This document shows positions 1-14,039 of a stretch of DNA of 64,000 bases, in pieces. The DNA comes from Dictyostelium discoideum. Lineage: Eukaryota. The translations under genes were made by a program, and so were the position numbers. Below the pieces are notes generated by a model, which ran no database searches, had not been told where the DNA came from, and saw only the letters and a list, made by a program, of their open reading frames with translations. The stretch spans positions 2,240,001-2,304,000 of the forward strand of contig CM000152.2 of assembly GCA_000004695.1 (NCBI GenBank), in the 5' to 3' direction. Each line of letters starts with the position of its first letter. Within the stretch, counting starts at the first letter, position 1.

Positions 1-521
1 TTATAGCTATGTTTGAAGAAGATTTATATGAAAATGAAAATCAAAGAGAATCAATATTAAAATCATCAGAATTTCCAGAAAAGTCATCAAAAGATTGGGG
101 AGATAGTGTTTTAAATTATTCACCATATATTAGAATGATTGGAGTTAATAAAATAGCAAAGATTATTAATCCATTAGAGAAATATTTGCTTTTAAAACCT
201 CAAGAATATCGTTACAACTATTTATTAGATTGCGATAAATGGATTGATAAACAAGTAATTGAAAAACAAGTACAATCACAACTCATCAATTTCTTTAAAG
301 TTTTAAATAAACGTGATCAACTTGAACTAAAAGAGATCACTTCAACTTGGTTATTTAAAATATTATCAACTTGTTCCAATCATTTATCAGAATATGATCA
401 ATTAAATGTAAACTATCATTTCAATATCACAAATTTCATTTCAACTCAAAGAGGTTACATTTCATATTCTGCCAATAAAATATTTATAACTTTTCACTTT
501 ACTTTTAATGGTAATAATTAA
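1..521 (+). CDS. 3' portion of a protein-coding gene. The frame is open from the window edge (the ORF track starts it at Met 9) to a stop at 519-521. Function unknown, Q/N/K-rich.
   Basis: Reading frame open from nt 1; Dictyostelium-like codon usage; followed by AT-rich 3' flank and (AAT)n at 560-620. No recognisable domain. Confidence 0.4.
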   Translation, partial: IAMFEEDLYENENQRESILKSSEFPEKSSKDWGDSVLNYSPYIRMIGVNKIAKIINPLEKYLLLKPQEYRYNYLLDCDKWIDKQVIEKQVQSQLINFFKVLNKRDQLELKEITSTWLFKILSTCSNHLSEYDQLNVNYHFNITNFISTQRGYISYSANKIFITFHFTFNGNN

Positions 522-569
522 TTATTTTTTTTACTTTTTTCCAAAAAAACTCTATAATTTAACTAATAC

Positions 570-619
<50 letters not shown>

Positions 620-1010
620 CAATTAAAAATAGGTGATTTAGGAGTTAATGAACATATTTCAGCTATAAAAAATTTTAAAAGCTCAATTATTTTTGAATCT
701 ATAGTACCAGAATCACAAGAATCATCTGATTTCAGGTGGAAACTTTGTTTCCTTAATCCATCAACAATTTCAATGTTATCTGTTGAATCTATAATACCAT
801 TATTTTTAAAAAAATAATATTAAACAATTGGTTTTACCAATAAATTTTATAAAGTTAAACTTTTTTTTTTTTTTTTATATATTTTTAAAAAAAAAGTTTC
901 CTCTGTTTGTTTTTTTTATATATTTTTTTTTATATTTTTTTTTTATTCTTTTTTTTCTTTTTTTTTTTTTTTTACTACCTATATATATTTTAATATATAA
1001 ATATTTTAAA

Positions 1011-2523
1011 GTATTTAATTGAGACTCTTTTTCTTGGCGAATTCGAGAGACAAAACAAGGTAATCGTATCTGTGACCATTGAGTTGTTTCAAAGCTTTTT
1101 CAGCTGAATCAAGATGATTGTAGGTAACGTAGGCAAAACCCCTATTAATTTTAAAATGAATGAATGAATTAAATTTGATAATGGTTAGTAAAACATAAAT
1201 ATATAAGAGCTTGAAATCTTTCTCCTTTATATATATATATATCTAAAAAAAATATAATAAAACACATACTTTGATGAACCTTCCATTGATTTTGGAATTG
1301 AAACTCTGCTAACTGGACCAAATTGACCAAATAATTCGTAAAGATCTTTTTCGGTTGCATTTTGTGAAAGATTGGAAACCATAATACTTGGTACATCACT
1401 ACCACTTGGTGCAGAACCAGTGTATCCACCTCTTAAGTTTGGTGCAATGTATTTGTTTGAAATTGGTTTCTCTTCTTTTTCTGATTTTTGTGGTTGAGTG
1501 GCTAAAATAAAAAAATAAATAAAAAAAATAACATATGATTAGCGAATAAAATAATAAAAGTTAAAAGAGAATGAGGCTACAGGCGCATATAATAATTATT
1601 TTCTTTTGAATTGTTTTTTTAAATGTATGTATTATCTCTATTGATCTATCATCATTCTATCCAATTATTATAATAGATTCTTCTCATAATTCCTAAATTT
1701 TTAATTCTGTTGTTTGTTGAACCAACATTTAATGCATCTGTTTCTTTATTACTTTTTTTACTATTATTGAAGAGGAGGAGGGGAAGATTGATTTATTTTG
1801 AAATAAATGAAATGGAATTGATTTAAAATGATAGTTGACATTTGTAATATTGAATACCTGAATACCTAAATTTGTTTTGCCTGTCCTCATCTCTTGTATG
1901 CTAGAGATTATATAAACAAATAATAATAAATCTTACTTAATTCTAAGGCATCCTTGTATGGGCACTTTGTAGTGAAATGGTTCTTTTTACAAATTCTACA
2001 TTTAACAACATCTTTCTCTTCTTCTTTCTATATATATGGTTGAAACCCAAAGTAAATGAATAAAATTGTTAAATAAATATGAAAAATAAATAAATAAACA
2101 AATATATATATAATTAAAAAAAATAATAACATACAACTTCAGCACCTCTAGTTAATACTAAGAATTGTTCATCACCATATGCAGTATTTTCTAAACCAGT
2201 TTTATTATCACATTCACCGAATTTTTTCCATTTCTTTCTTTCATCAACCTTTCTATTTCTCTTTACAGTGATTTGATATTCTTGATATCTTTTAATAACT
2301 TTAACTTCTTCACCTTTATCATTCTTAACGATGACTTCAATGGTTTTTTCAATTGGTACTCTGTTATCACTATATTTAATATGAATGGGAATTGATTAGT
2401 TAATCAAAAAAAAAATTTATTTTATTCTTATTTTTATTTTATTTTTATTTCTTTTTCTTTTTTTCAAGAAATAAATGAAATGAAATTAAAAAATAAATAA
2501 CATACATGTTTGTGGATGTCATT
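1011..2523 (-). CDS. eif3G: Eukaryotic translation initiation factor 3 subunit G (eIF3g), multi-exon (about 6 exons).
   Basis: Minus-strand exons give MTSTN (ATG about 2521-2523, then GTATGT intron). A second exon reads ...DNRVPIEKTIEVIVKNDKGEEVKVIKRYQEYQITVKRNRKVDERKKWKKFGEC..(about 2140-2400). A zinc-knuckle exon EEEKDVVKCRICKKNHFTTKCPYKDALEL lies at about 1935-2030. The C-terminal RRM lies in exons about 1270-1503 and 1011-1140: ...SIMVSNLSQNATEKDLYELFGQFGPVSRVSIPKSMEGSSKGFAYVTYNHLDSAEKALKQLNGHRYDYLVLSLEFAKKKSLN*. The CRICK..CPYKD knuckle plus the terminal RRM ending in ...VEWAK-like LEFAKK is diagnostic for eIF3g. Confidence 0.85.
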
Positions 2524-2600
2524 TTTGATTATATTTATAAACTTCACACTAAAAAAAAAAAGAAAAAAAAATTAAAAAAAAAAAAAATTGAATTCACGAC

Positions 2601-2631
<31 letters not shown>

Positions 2632-2949
2632 AAAAAAAAAAAAAAAAAAAATGAAAAAAAATTTAAAAATTGAATTTTGAGCAAAAAAAAAGAATTAATA
2701 ATATTATTTATATGTCAATATTATTAAATTAAAAAAAAAATTAAAAATTAATAAATAAATAATAAATAAAAAAAAAGGGAAAAAAAAGAGAAAAAAAATT
2801 ATTGAAAAAAAAAATGTACACAATTTTTTTTTTTTTTTTTTTTCCCAAATTACAAAATTATTTATTTATTTTTTTCCAAAAATTACTTATTTATTTTTTA
2901 TGTTTATAAAAAAAAAAAAAAAAAAAAAGAAAAGTTAAGAAAATTAAAT

Positions 2950-3738
2950 TTAATATTTTCCAATATTTGGGAAAATATTTGAAATTGATTTAGAATATTT
3001 TTGAATTGATTGAGTTGAATCTAAATTCAAATTCCAACATTGTGGTGGTAATTGGAATAATTGAGAATCTGGTTCATCCATAAAATTATAAAAAGTAATT
3101 AATGAAAATCCGGCTGGATATAATGGAGTATTATGACAATTTGAAGACATAAAATAACAATTATCAGAATTTACAATTAAAGTATTTGAAGTATAATTAT
3201 TAGTTTGAGGATATTCTAAAAAATCAACATTAACACCACCCATTGTACCTTGACTAACTAAATCTAATGGTGGTATAGTAAATTGAGTTTCTGGATCAAT
3301 CTTTCCAACTGAACAATTTCCACCATCTAAGCTATCCAAAAAATATTGAGTTCCCTAAAATAAATTAAAAAAAAATTAAATAAATAAAATAAAATAAAAT
3401 AATATTAATTAATAAATAAACATAATTACATTTGATTTAAATGCAACTAATTTGCCTTCTTCCCAAATTGAATTTTCATTTCTTCTATATTGGTAAAATA
3501 CTTGGCCATTAATATAATCAGCTGAAAATAAACCTGCTTCATAGAATGTCATTTGATCCAATTGGTCAGTTAAAGGGTTCATATAGTTTGCATTATATGC
3601 AGAGTCAATATATTCATATGTGACCCCTTTAAATCCTTCTGATCCTTTTGAAAAACATTGTTGTACTGATGATGATGACGATGATTCAACAAAACTATTT
3701 ATAGCCAAAATGAGGATTATGGCTAAAAAGAATTGCAT
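2950..3738 (-). CDS. Hypothetical secreted protein, 2 exons (exon1 about 3430-3738, intron GTAATT..TTTTAG, exon2 2950-about 3355).
   Basis: N-terminal hydrophobic signal peptide MQFFLAIILILAINSFVESSSS. GTAATT donor after ...LVAFKSN. Acceptor ...tattttag before GTQYFLDSLDGGNCSV... Cys-containing mature region. No domain recognised. Confidence 0.55.
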
Positions 3739-4073
3739 TTTTAGTATTGAAAAAAAAAAAAAAAAAAAAATGGTTTTTCTTATTTAGTGGTGTGTGAATT
3801 AAAAAAATAAAAAAAAAATAAAATAAAATAAAAAAAATAAAAACCAAAAGATTTTTTATAAAAAAAGTCAGAAACTTTGGTTTAGGAAGGAAGAAAATAA
3901 AATAAAAAAAAAAAATAAAAAAAAAGTAAATAAATTAAACTCTTTTTAATGAAGTGTTTTTTATTTTTAGATATTTTTACATTAATATAGATGGGTTTTT
4001 TTATTTATAATATATTATTTTGTTTTTTTTTTTTTTTTTCAAGGTTTTTGTTTTTTTTTAATATTAAATTTTC

Positions 4074-5038
<965 letters not shown>

Positions 5039-5075
5039 TTTTTATTTATGAATAATTGTGTGGAAGGAAAATAAT

Positions 5076-5106
<31 letters not shown>

Positions 5107-5421
5107 CCTTCAAAAAAAAAAAAAAAAAATTAAAAAAAAAAAAAAAAAATTCAAAAAAAAAAAAAAAAAAAATTTATAATAAAAATGGTTTAAAAGTAAC
5201 CCTTTGTTCAGTTTTTTAATTCACTCACAAAATTGTGTAAATTTTTTTTTTTTTTTTTTTTTTAATTTAAATTAAATATTGAATTTTTTACCAGATCAAG
5301 AGAATGATCTTTTTTGATATTTAAAAAATCAGATAATTATTAATTTTACATATTTGTAAAAAATATTAATTATGTATGTAATAATTATTATTAATTAATT
5401 AATTGAAAATAATTACCAAAT

Positions 5422-5453
<32 letters not shown>

Positions 5454-5749
5454 TTAGTTTTTCAAATAACAAAAGCTTTTTTTTTATTTTATTTTATTTT
5501 AATATTTTTTTTTTTGAAATTTAAAAAATAAAAAAAAAAAAAAAATTTAAAATAATAAAAGACAGAATAAAAAAATAATAAAAACAGAAATATTTTTTAA
5601 ATAAAATTAAAATTTAAAAAAAAGAAAAAAAAAAAAAAAAGATAATATATTATTATCTAATTTAGCAATCTGAAAATAATAATAATAATTTTTATTTTTT
5701 TTTTTTATTTTTTTTTTCAATTTTATATACAATTTATTTATTTATTATT

Positions 5750-5771
5750 TTAATTATGATCTTGTTGCTGC

Positions 5772-5817
<46 letters not shown>

Positions 5818-7159
5818 GATGATAATCAATTAAATTATTATTTTCCATTAAATTAAATAATTGTAAATGATATGTATGAATTGAATCAACTAAAGTTGAA
5901 AAACTTTTAAATATTTCTCTTTTTTCTTTTTCATGATTTGATTTTAATTTAGCGATTGAAGTTCTAACAATATCTAATTCTTTAATTAAATGATCAATTT
6001 TAATTTGAGTTGATTCTCTTTCTTTTTCAATGATTGCTTTTTGATTTTTTAATTCACTTTGTAAATTGATTAATTCAGATTTCTTTGTTATATAGTTATC
6101 CCTATTCTTTTTAAGTGATTCATCGAGTGATAGTAGATCATCATTAAACTTTCTAATATCTATATCCAATTCATTGATTTGTCTATTTTGATCTTGGTTA
6201 ACTTTAGTAGCCTCTTTTGAGAGTTTTTTAGTGGACTTGTACAGTTTATTCTCCTTTTGATAAGTCTCAACCAATTCAAGAGTGGTGCGAATATTTTTAT
6301 TTATTTTTTCCAATTGTTTGGATTTATTTTGAAGTTTTGACATTGAGGGTTCAAATTCCTTCAAACCCTCTTTTTTAAGTGCCAATTTCTGTTTCATATC
6401 ATATAGCACCTTTTTAATTTTATCGGGTGATGGTACTATCAATACTTGCATTCTCGCGCACTCCTCAATCGTATTCTCAATGGAGGAGATTAAATTAAGG
6501 ATTTCCTGCTTGATTGATTCGTTTTTATTAGTTTTATTCAAGATGATTTTACATTGCTCATTTTGATAATGATTGGCTTGTTTTAAACGCTGATCGTCTT
6601 GTTGGTGTTGTTCTATCAATCCATTTACAATGAGGTCCTTTTCGTGCTTTTTCATCCTTTTATTCTCCAATTCTTCCAATAGTTTTTGTTCTTTTCCAAG
6701 TGTGATATCACGTTTTTCACAATTTGATTTATTTAATTTATCGAGATCAGAGTAGATCGATATCTTTAGTTCCATAAATTTGCCAAGGTTAATTATGCCA
6801 CTAAAGATTTTCTTTACTCTTGCCGCTTTTGGATTGTAGATATCTTTATAGGTGAAATCGAATAGTCCGACCACTTTCATCAGATTTGACATTGCTCTAA
6901 GGAATGTTATCTCTCCAATGGCTCCATCTTGTGTAAATAGTTCAATACCTTGTGTTAACTTATCCATACCATATTGACTGGGATGATGACTCGTTGATTT
7001 ATTATAGCCTGTAAATGTAACTAAAATATTTTCACAAAATTCTCTTATCATTGCTGATGTCGGTCGATTTAATTCTTCCATTGTAAATCTATGTCCCATT
7101 TCATCAAGACTTGTTATTATTTCATCATCTTCTAATATTGGAAAACTATATTTTGACAT
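5750..7159 (-). CDS. nuf2: Kinetochore protein Nuf2 (NDC80 complex), single exon. N-terminal CH-like domain, long coiled coil, C-terminal poly-Q (about 20 Q encoded by (CAA/CAG)n at 5759-5818).
   Basis: The N-terminus MSKYSFPILEDDEIITSLDEMGHRFTMEELNRPTSAMIREF matches the Nuf2 signature (human SFPRYNVAEIV...). The segment DFTYKDIYNPKAARVKKIFSGIINLGKFMELKISIY matches human [36 protein letters not shown]. The remainder is heptad-rich coiled coil. Confidence 0.8.
5759..5818 (-). repeat. (CAA/CAG)n trinucleotide repeat encoding the C-terminal polyglutamine of Nuf2.
   Basis: Direct reading: ttgttgctgctgttgttgttg... (the plus strand shows the TTG/CTG complement). Confidence 0.9.
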
Positions 7160-7788
7160 ATTTATTTATTTATTTATTTTATTGTTTTTTTTTTTTTTTT
7201 TAAAATTTAATAAGAAAGAAAAAAAAAAAAAAAAAAAAATTTAAAAAACATTAATTAATTTTCAAAAAAAAAAAAAAAAAAAAAAACAAAATAATAAAAA
7301 TTGGCGGGAAAAAACAATATGTGTAGATTTTTTACCTTTTTTTGTTTTTTTTTATTTTCTTTTTCCTTTTTTTGTTTTTTTTTTTATTTTACTTAATATT
7401 TTACTTTTTAATTTTTAAAATCTATTCTATTAATAATTTAAAAAAAAAAAAAAAAAAAAAAAGTAAAAAACATTTGCTTGAATTTTTGTTTAAGAAAAAG
7501 ATATTTTTTAAAAAAAAAAAGTAGGAGGATTATTACCAATGGCCTTTGTGATCGGCCAAAAGTTTGATGAAAATTTAAAATTAATTTTTTTTATTAAAAT
7601 TAATTTTTTTTTTTTTTTTTTTAAAAAAACAAAAAAAAAAAAAAAAAAAATGAAAATTTGAGATTAAAGTACAAGACCGAATTTGATAGAATTGTTTCTT
7701 TTTTAAAATTTTTTTTTTTTTATATTATTTTTGTGGTGCAGATATTCTTATTATAATCTATATGCCTTTGGTTATAATTTGAAATAGG

Positions 7789-7827
<39 letters not shown>

Positions 7828-8316
7828 AAAATAAAAAAAATAAAATAAAAAATAAAATGATGAGTTTGGTGGGGTATGCTTAGAAAATTAATAAACACAA
7901 GAACACAACTCACTTAAATCTCAAAAAAATAATAATGAATAAATAAAAAAATAAAATAAAAATAATAATAATACCACACCACAATACTATTATTAGTGTT
8001 TTTTTAGTATTCATTTTTAAAAGATTAATAAATGACCTTTTGAATGTGAATTCACACACAACAAAAAAAAAAAAAAAAAAAAAAGAAAAAAATAAAGAAA
8101 AAAAAAAAAAAAAAAATAAAATTAAAATAAAATAAAACAAAATAAAATAAATAGAAACACAAAAAAAAAAAAAAAAAAAAAAACATTGCACTAGAAATTG
8201 TTAAATAATAATAAATAAAACAAATAAAACATAAATAAAATAAACAAATAAAATAAAATAAATAATAGATCCTTTGCAAACATACAACTAACTAATATAA
8301 CATAACAAATTTATGT

Positions 8317-8349
<33 letters not shown>

Positions 8350-8373
8350 TGATATCCATGCCATTTAGTTTTA

Positions 8374-10101
8374 ATGTGGATAGTTGCGGGAGTATGCAGT
8401 GGTGTTGCAATTTTATTATCATTTTACCTTATATATAAACATTTAAGAAATTATACAAACCCAGAATTACAAAAATATATAGTTAGAATATTAATTATGG
8501 TACCGGTATGTATAATACCTAAAAATACTAGTTTAATAATAATAACTAATGCCATAATTAATCAATTTTTTTTTTTTTTTTTTAAAAGATTTATTCAGTA
8601 GATAGTTGGTTATCATTAAGATTTGTAGAGTTAAGTTTATACTTTGATGTTGTTAGAGATACATATGAAGCATATGTATTATATTGTTTTTTTTCACTTA
8701 TTGTAGCATATATAGAAAGAGATTTTGATTTAGTAGAGTTACTTCATAGCAAAGAACCATTACCTCATCCATTTCCTTTAACTTGTTTACCAAAAATTAA
8801 GTTGGATCGTGGTTTCCTTACCAATTGTAAAAGATTTGTTTTACAATTTGTATTCATCAAGCCAATTGTTGCAATCATATCTTTGGTTTTAGAAACTCAA
8901 CATAAATATGGTGAAGGTAAATTTCAAGTTGGAACAGGTTATGTTTGGTTAACAGTCGTTGAAAATATTTCAGTCGGTGTAAGTTGAAAACTACTATTAA
9001 TTTTTTTAAATCCTTTAGGATTTTTACTTTATTTTCAATTGTAATTCTAACTAATCATTTATTTTAATATACACAACATAACATAACATAAAATAACATA
9101 AAATAACATAAAATAACATAAAATAAAATAAAATAAAATAAAATAACATACATACATACATACATACATATAATTCTTATAGTTGAGTTTGTATTTTTTA
9201 GTATTATATTATAAAGCAATGGAGGAAGAATTAAAACCATTTAAACCATTGGGTAAATTTTTATGTATAAAGAGTATTTTGTTTTTCAGGTAAGTCAATT
9301 TTATAATATCAACTAATTCTTTAAGATATGATTTCTTTCTTATTAATTCATTTTAATTTCAATTTTAATTTTAATTTCAATTTCAATTAATAATTTCAAT
9401 TTCAATTAATAATTTCAATTAATAATTTCAATTTCAATTTCAATTTCAATTGATAATTTCAATCTCAATTTCAATTGATAATTTCAATCTCAATTGATAA
9501 TTTCATTTGATAATTTCAATTTCAATTTTCTGTTTCAATTCTCAATCTTTATTTCATTATTAATTTTAATCAATTTATTTTATTTCAATTTAGTTTTTGG
9601 CAAAGTATTGCAATTTCATTTTTAGTATATTTTGGAGTTATATCACCAATTGGTAGTTGGTCTGTTGATAATATATCTTCAGCACTTCAAGATTTTATTA
9701 CTTGTGTGGAAATGGTGATTTTAGCGATTTGTCACCACTTCTTTTTTAATTACCAAGAGTTTAGAGATCCACATAAAGTTCCATTCATTTATGATAAAAC
9801 TACAAAAACATTTTTCAATAACCCAAAAACAAATATTACACCTATAATAAAAGTAAATATCAAAAAAAAAAAAAAAAAAAAAAAAATATGTATATATATA
9901 AAATGATTTACTAATTTTAATTCCTTTTAATAGAATTTTTTTACAAATGTTACAAATATATCAGACGTTATTTCAGATACCAGAGAAACTTTTATTTTAC
10001 CTTTACTATCACCAGATCATCATCATAATCATCCAACTACTAAAAAGAAAGATGAAGAAAGCAATTTATTAGAACCAGAAGATAAAGATATTATAATATA
10101 G
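8374..10101 (+). CDS. TMEM184 / Ost-alpha (DUF300) family multi-pass membrane protein, about 5 exons.
   Basis: Exon1 MWIVAGVCSGVAILLSFYLIYKHLRNYTNPELQKYIVRILIMVP ends at about 8504 with a GTATGT donor. Exon2 (from about 8589) IYSVDSWLSLRFVELSLYFDVVRDTYEAYVLYCFFSLIVAYIERDF..., so the MVPIYS(L/V)DSW motif spans the splice. Later exons read LYYKAMEEELKPFKPLGKFLCIKSILFF, FWQSIAISFLVYFGVISPIGSWS..., and ...PDHHHNHPTTKKKDEESNLLEPEDKDII* (stop 10099-10101). The hydrophobic-helix pattern is typical of TMEM184. Confidence 0.7.
9340..9545. repeat. Intronic minisatellite in the TMEM184-like gene: tandem units of about 12-24 nt (caatttcaatt(aat/gat)aatttcaatt).
   Basis: Direct tandem repeats visible. 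Also (acataaaata)n at 9080-9130 and (cata)n at 9150-9168 in the preceding intron. Confidence 0.85.
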
Positions 10102-10583
10102 TCATTTAATTAGTTGTAAAAATAAATAATAATAAAAAAAAAGAAATAAAAAATAAAAAATAAAAAATTTTATAAATAGGAGCGATTAAGTTTGGAGTAC
10201 TCCTAAGATAATTAGAGTGGAAAGATATAACTTTTTTTTTTTTTTAAAAATAAAAAAAAAAAAAAGACACCAAAACCTGGAAAAAAAAAAAAAAAAAAAA
10301 ACTAAAACCTAGAAAAAAAATCTCAAAATGAAAAAAATAAAAAAAGAATTTTTTTATAAATGTTTTATCTTTTATTTAAAAATAGAATAAATGATAAAAA
10401 AAAAAAACTAAAAAGTTGTAAAAATGAATTATATTTGATAGTACTATTTGATTATGTTTTGAAATAAAAGGGTTTGTATTGATTATTTTTTTTTTCTTTT
10501 TCTTTTTTTAATTTTTTTTTATTATTTTTTTTTTTTATTTTTTTTATTTTTTTTATTTTTTTTACTTTTCCATTTATCCTTTT

Positions 10584-12903
10584 TTAAACTTGAAGTATCT
10601 TCTTTTGAATATGAATTACGTAAGGAGTCTTAATTTGATGAATGTAGGGTACAATAATTTTTACAAGTTTTGCGTGTTGAGTATCATTACTGACGTCCAA
10701 AGCGGTTTGGATCACGAAGTTGGCATATTTATCTTGAAGCAAACTGAGGATATCAGCTTCTGTCAAAGCCTTGATGATCAATTCATAGGTTGGAGTATCA
10801 GCCAATTGTAAACACTTTTCAATGACATTGGAGCTAAACTTTTGGATGGATAATTCAGCAATGTTATCTTTGAGTGAGACAATCAATTTTGAAGAGTAAG
10901 CTTTATTCTTTGAGAGGAGATGTTGAACGACATAGTTGCCAAATTGATCTTGTACCAATTTGAGGGAATGTTCAGTGATTTTATCGACCAATTTCTCTAG
11001 TTGCTCAGGATTGGCATTATCGATACAACGATTGACGACTGTACAGCCAACTTTATGGGTACAAATCTCCTCAATATTACCCATGATTGCATCACAAACA
11101 AATTGATTGACCTCTGGTGAAAATTGTTTCAAAAATGATTGAATCAAGTAGTTACCCTTGTTATCCTTTGATAATTGTATTACCTTACCCTTGATGGAGG
11201 CAATGATGGATTCGACTTGATCGGGTGAGAGGTATTGAAGTAGCTTTTGAATACCATGAATACCATAGACATGACAGGCAAAGGTCTCTACACTTGGAGC
11301 GATTTTGTCGACGATTTGTCTTCTTTGGTTGTTGTCGCAATATTTCATCAATTGTGGAATCAAGTATTGACCATATGGATCGATCATCAATTCGTTCAAA
11401 TGATCAAATACCTCGTTGAAAATCAATGTTACATGTTCAGAGTCTGGTTTCTCTTCCAATTTCTTTTGAAGGAATCTACAACCAGCTTGATACTTGGTAA
11501 GATGATAGATTTGACCAGTGATCTCTTCCAAACTTGTACACTTTGGATCTTGATTGTTCAATCCAATTGAACTCATTGATACTGATTTGGTCATTGGTTT
11601 TCTTGGTTGATGGTCGGTTGATTTCTTTGTTGGTGAAACAGAATCATCCTTTGTGCTAGAACCATTCATTCCACTTCCAATGTTACCAAGTGAAGAGTAA
11701 ACGTTGGTATTAATTTTGCCACCTGATAAATTTGGTAATCCAGTGGAGATTGAGTTGGCAGATGAACTTAAACTACCATTGTTTGGTTTAATGTTACTAA
11801 AACTTATATTACTGTTACTATAGTTGTTATTATTATTATTATTATTACTAGCAAGGTTTGGTTTATTTGGTGATTTTAATGATTCGCCATTTAATTTACC
11901 GGCGATTACTGGCATCGATGGTGATTTTTTCATTTTACCTCCACTTGGTTGGAATGATGTTGGTGTAGTGGTTGTGGTTGTGGTTGATGGTGAAGTTGAT
12001 GATAATGGTGTGGTGGTTGTAGTTGATGGAGATACAATATTGCTTGATGTATTTGGTGAAGATTCGTTTGAAAAACCTGGTGGGATTATTGAAGTTAATC
12101 CACTACCAGATGTATTTAATTTTCTTGGAGATTTGAATGGGGCTTGTGTATTTGGTGTTGTATTAGTAGATGTTGCTGGTGATGAGGTAGATGATGAAGT
12201 TGATATTGAACCACCAGATGAATTTAATGAGGATGGTGTAGAAGATGATGATGGATGTCCAATTGGTTGTTGTTGTTGTTGTGTTTGTTGTTGTGATGAT
12301 AATGGTAAAACTGGAATTGATGGAACAGATTCAACCTTTCTTGGAGATCTTAATGGTGGAAGTGATCCTGAAATTGAAGAATTTGCTGCATGTGTTGAAA
12401 AAAATGAATTTAATGGTGTAGGTGACATTTGTGATGGTTCAACATCTCCTAAAAAAACAAAATTTTGAATTGGTCCTCCAATATCTGGTATTCTTTTTTG
12501 ATTGTAATCATCTAAAAAAAATTTATTTTTTAATTAGTAAAAAAAAAAAAAAAATTAAAAAATTAAAAAAATAAAATAATTTACATACCAACTAAAAATG
12601 ATTTACCAAGATTAGATTCAGAGAATACCATTCTCATCATACTCATTAAATTATCATCTTTTGAATTTACAATGATTGATTTTAATCTTTGGATAATTCC
12701 TCTATATTCGTGTGTTTGGTTATTTTCCAAATCGATATTGTTGTTGAATAATTCACCACCACCTAAATGAGGTGCACCAATTGGTTGTTGTGGTTGCATT
12801 ATATTTTGTGAAAATTCTTTTGTTTTGTTTTTATCAAATTTTTTTAAAAAATCTATTATCGATGAATGAAAAAAAAATATTTGAAAAATAATTTTTTGTT
12901 TTT

Positions 12904-12941
<38 letters not shown>

Positions 12942-13245
12942 TTCATAAATGTGTGTTAAGTTGTGGTGTGTGTGAATGTATGTGTTTAATTAAAAAAATA
13001 TATATTTATAAAATTATTGGTATTAGTATTTATATTTAATTTATAAATAATATTTCAATCAATCATTGAGTTATATTATTAGACATACCTGATGTATAAA
13101 CTATTTTTTGCTTTCTATCTGAATCATCAAAACCAGTATTGTTGTTATCATCTTGCAAACTTGCAGATGAAAAGTTTTGAATGTTTGGACTTTCAGTTTT
13201 ATTGTTTAAAACTTCTGTCATTGCGAAAAAAAACCTAGGATCCAT
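10584..13245 (-). CDS. Pumilio-family (PUF) RNA-binding protein, 3 exons (about 13063-13245, 12590-12946, 10584-12428). Long S/T/N/Q-rich N-terminal region, C-terminal Pumilio homology domain with 8 Puf repeats.
   Basis: The C-terminal 330 aa give a repeated Puf-repeat pattern: CRFLQKKLEE...DPYGQYLIPQLMKYC..., HVYGIHGIQKLLQY..., KDNKGNYLIQSFLKQF..., HKVGCTVVNRCIDNA..., QDQFGNYVVQHLLSK..., IQKFSSNVIEKCLQ..., QDKYANFVIQTALDV.. Donors are GTATGT after ...KSFLV(G) (about 12590) and after ...KIVYTSG (about 13063). The start is ATG 13243-13245 or the in-frame ATG at about 13216. Possibly the known Dictyostelium pufA, but I cannot confirm the symbol. Confidence 0.8.
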
Positions 13246-13542
13246 AAAATTATAATATTGAATATTTGTGTTTGATGATGAAGTGTTGGTTGTTGATGTT
13301 ATTTTTGAAAATATTTATTATATTAATAAAATTATTAATATAATTATCTTTTTTTTTTTTTTTTTTTAACAATAGGAAGAATTAAAAAAAAAAAATAAAA
13401 ATAAAAATAATAAAATAAAATAAAAAATAATAAAATTTTATAAACAAGAATGATATTGTAGCAGGGTTGTAGTGGTAATAAAATGAAAGGGGGTGTTGTA
13501 ATTTATTCTTTTAAAAATTTAAAAAATAGAATTGTAATGGTG

Positions 13543-13575
<33 letters not shown>

Positions 13576-13959
13576 AAATTATGAAATTATAGTAATTGGA
13601 ATATTATTAAACAAATGTATTATTATTTTTATTATTTATATAAAAAAAAAAAATAATGAAAAAAAAATAAAAAATAAAAAAAAATAAAAAAAAAAAAGGT
13701 ATGAAAATTTTGAGACAATGCCAAAATATTTAAATATCTGAGTTATCTAAAATGAAAAAAAAAAAAATGAAAAAATCTATTTTTGATTATTTTTGGGAAA
13801 AAAAAAAAAAATAAAATAAAATTATTTTTGCTATGAAATCAAGTTATTATTATTTTTATATATGATAATATTATAGGAAGTAATTTTATAAAATAGTAAT
13901 AATAATATTGTTGTTGTTGTAGTTGTTGTTCTTTTTATAATTGATTATTGTTATTTTGA

Positions 13960-13993
<34 letters not shown>

Positions 13994-14002
13994 ATTTTAT
14001 AA

Positions 14003-14039
<37 letters not shown>

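Noticed and set aside
7342-8279. Several F/K-rich ORFs (7342-7524, 7910-8191, 8052-8279) and similar ones at 828-1022, 14662-14847, 15584-15834, 30027-30239, 37497-38058, 40189-40392, 52569-52775, 58988-59188, 62068-62256.
   Set aside because: Translations of poly(T)/poly(A) intergenic DNA (FFFF/KKKK). They show no codon bias and no complexity.
11824-12468. 214-aa plus-strand ORF (poly-L, V/G/D-rich).
   Set aside because: Antisense to the S/T-rich N-terminal region of the Puf gene. It has no start context and a low-complexity translation.
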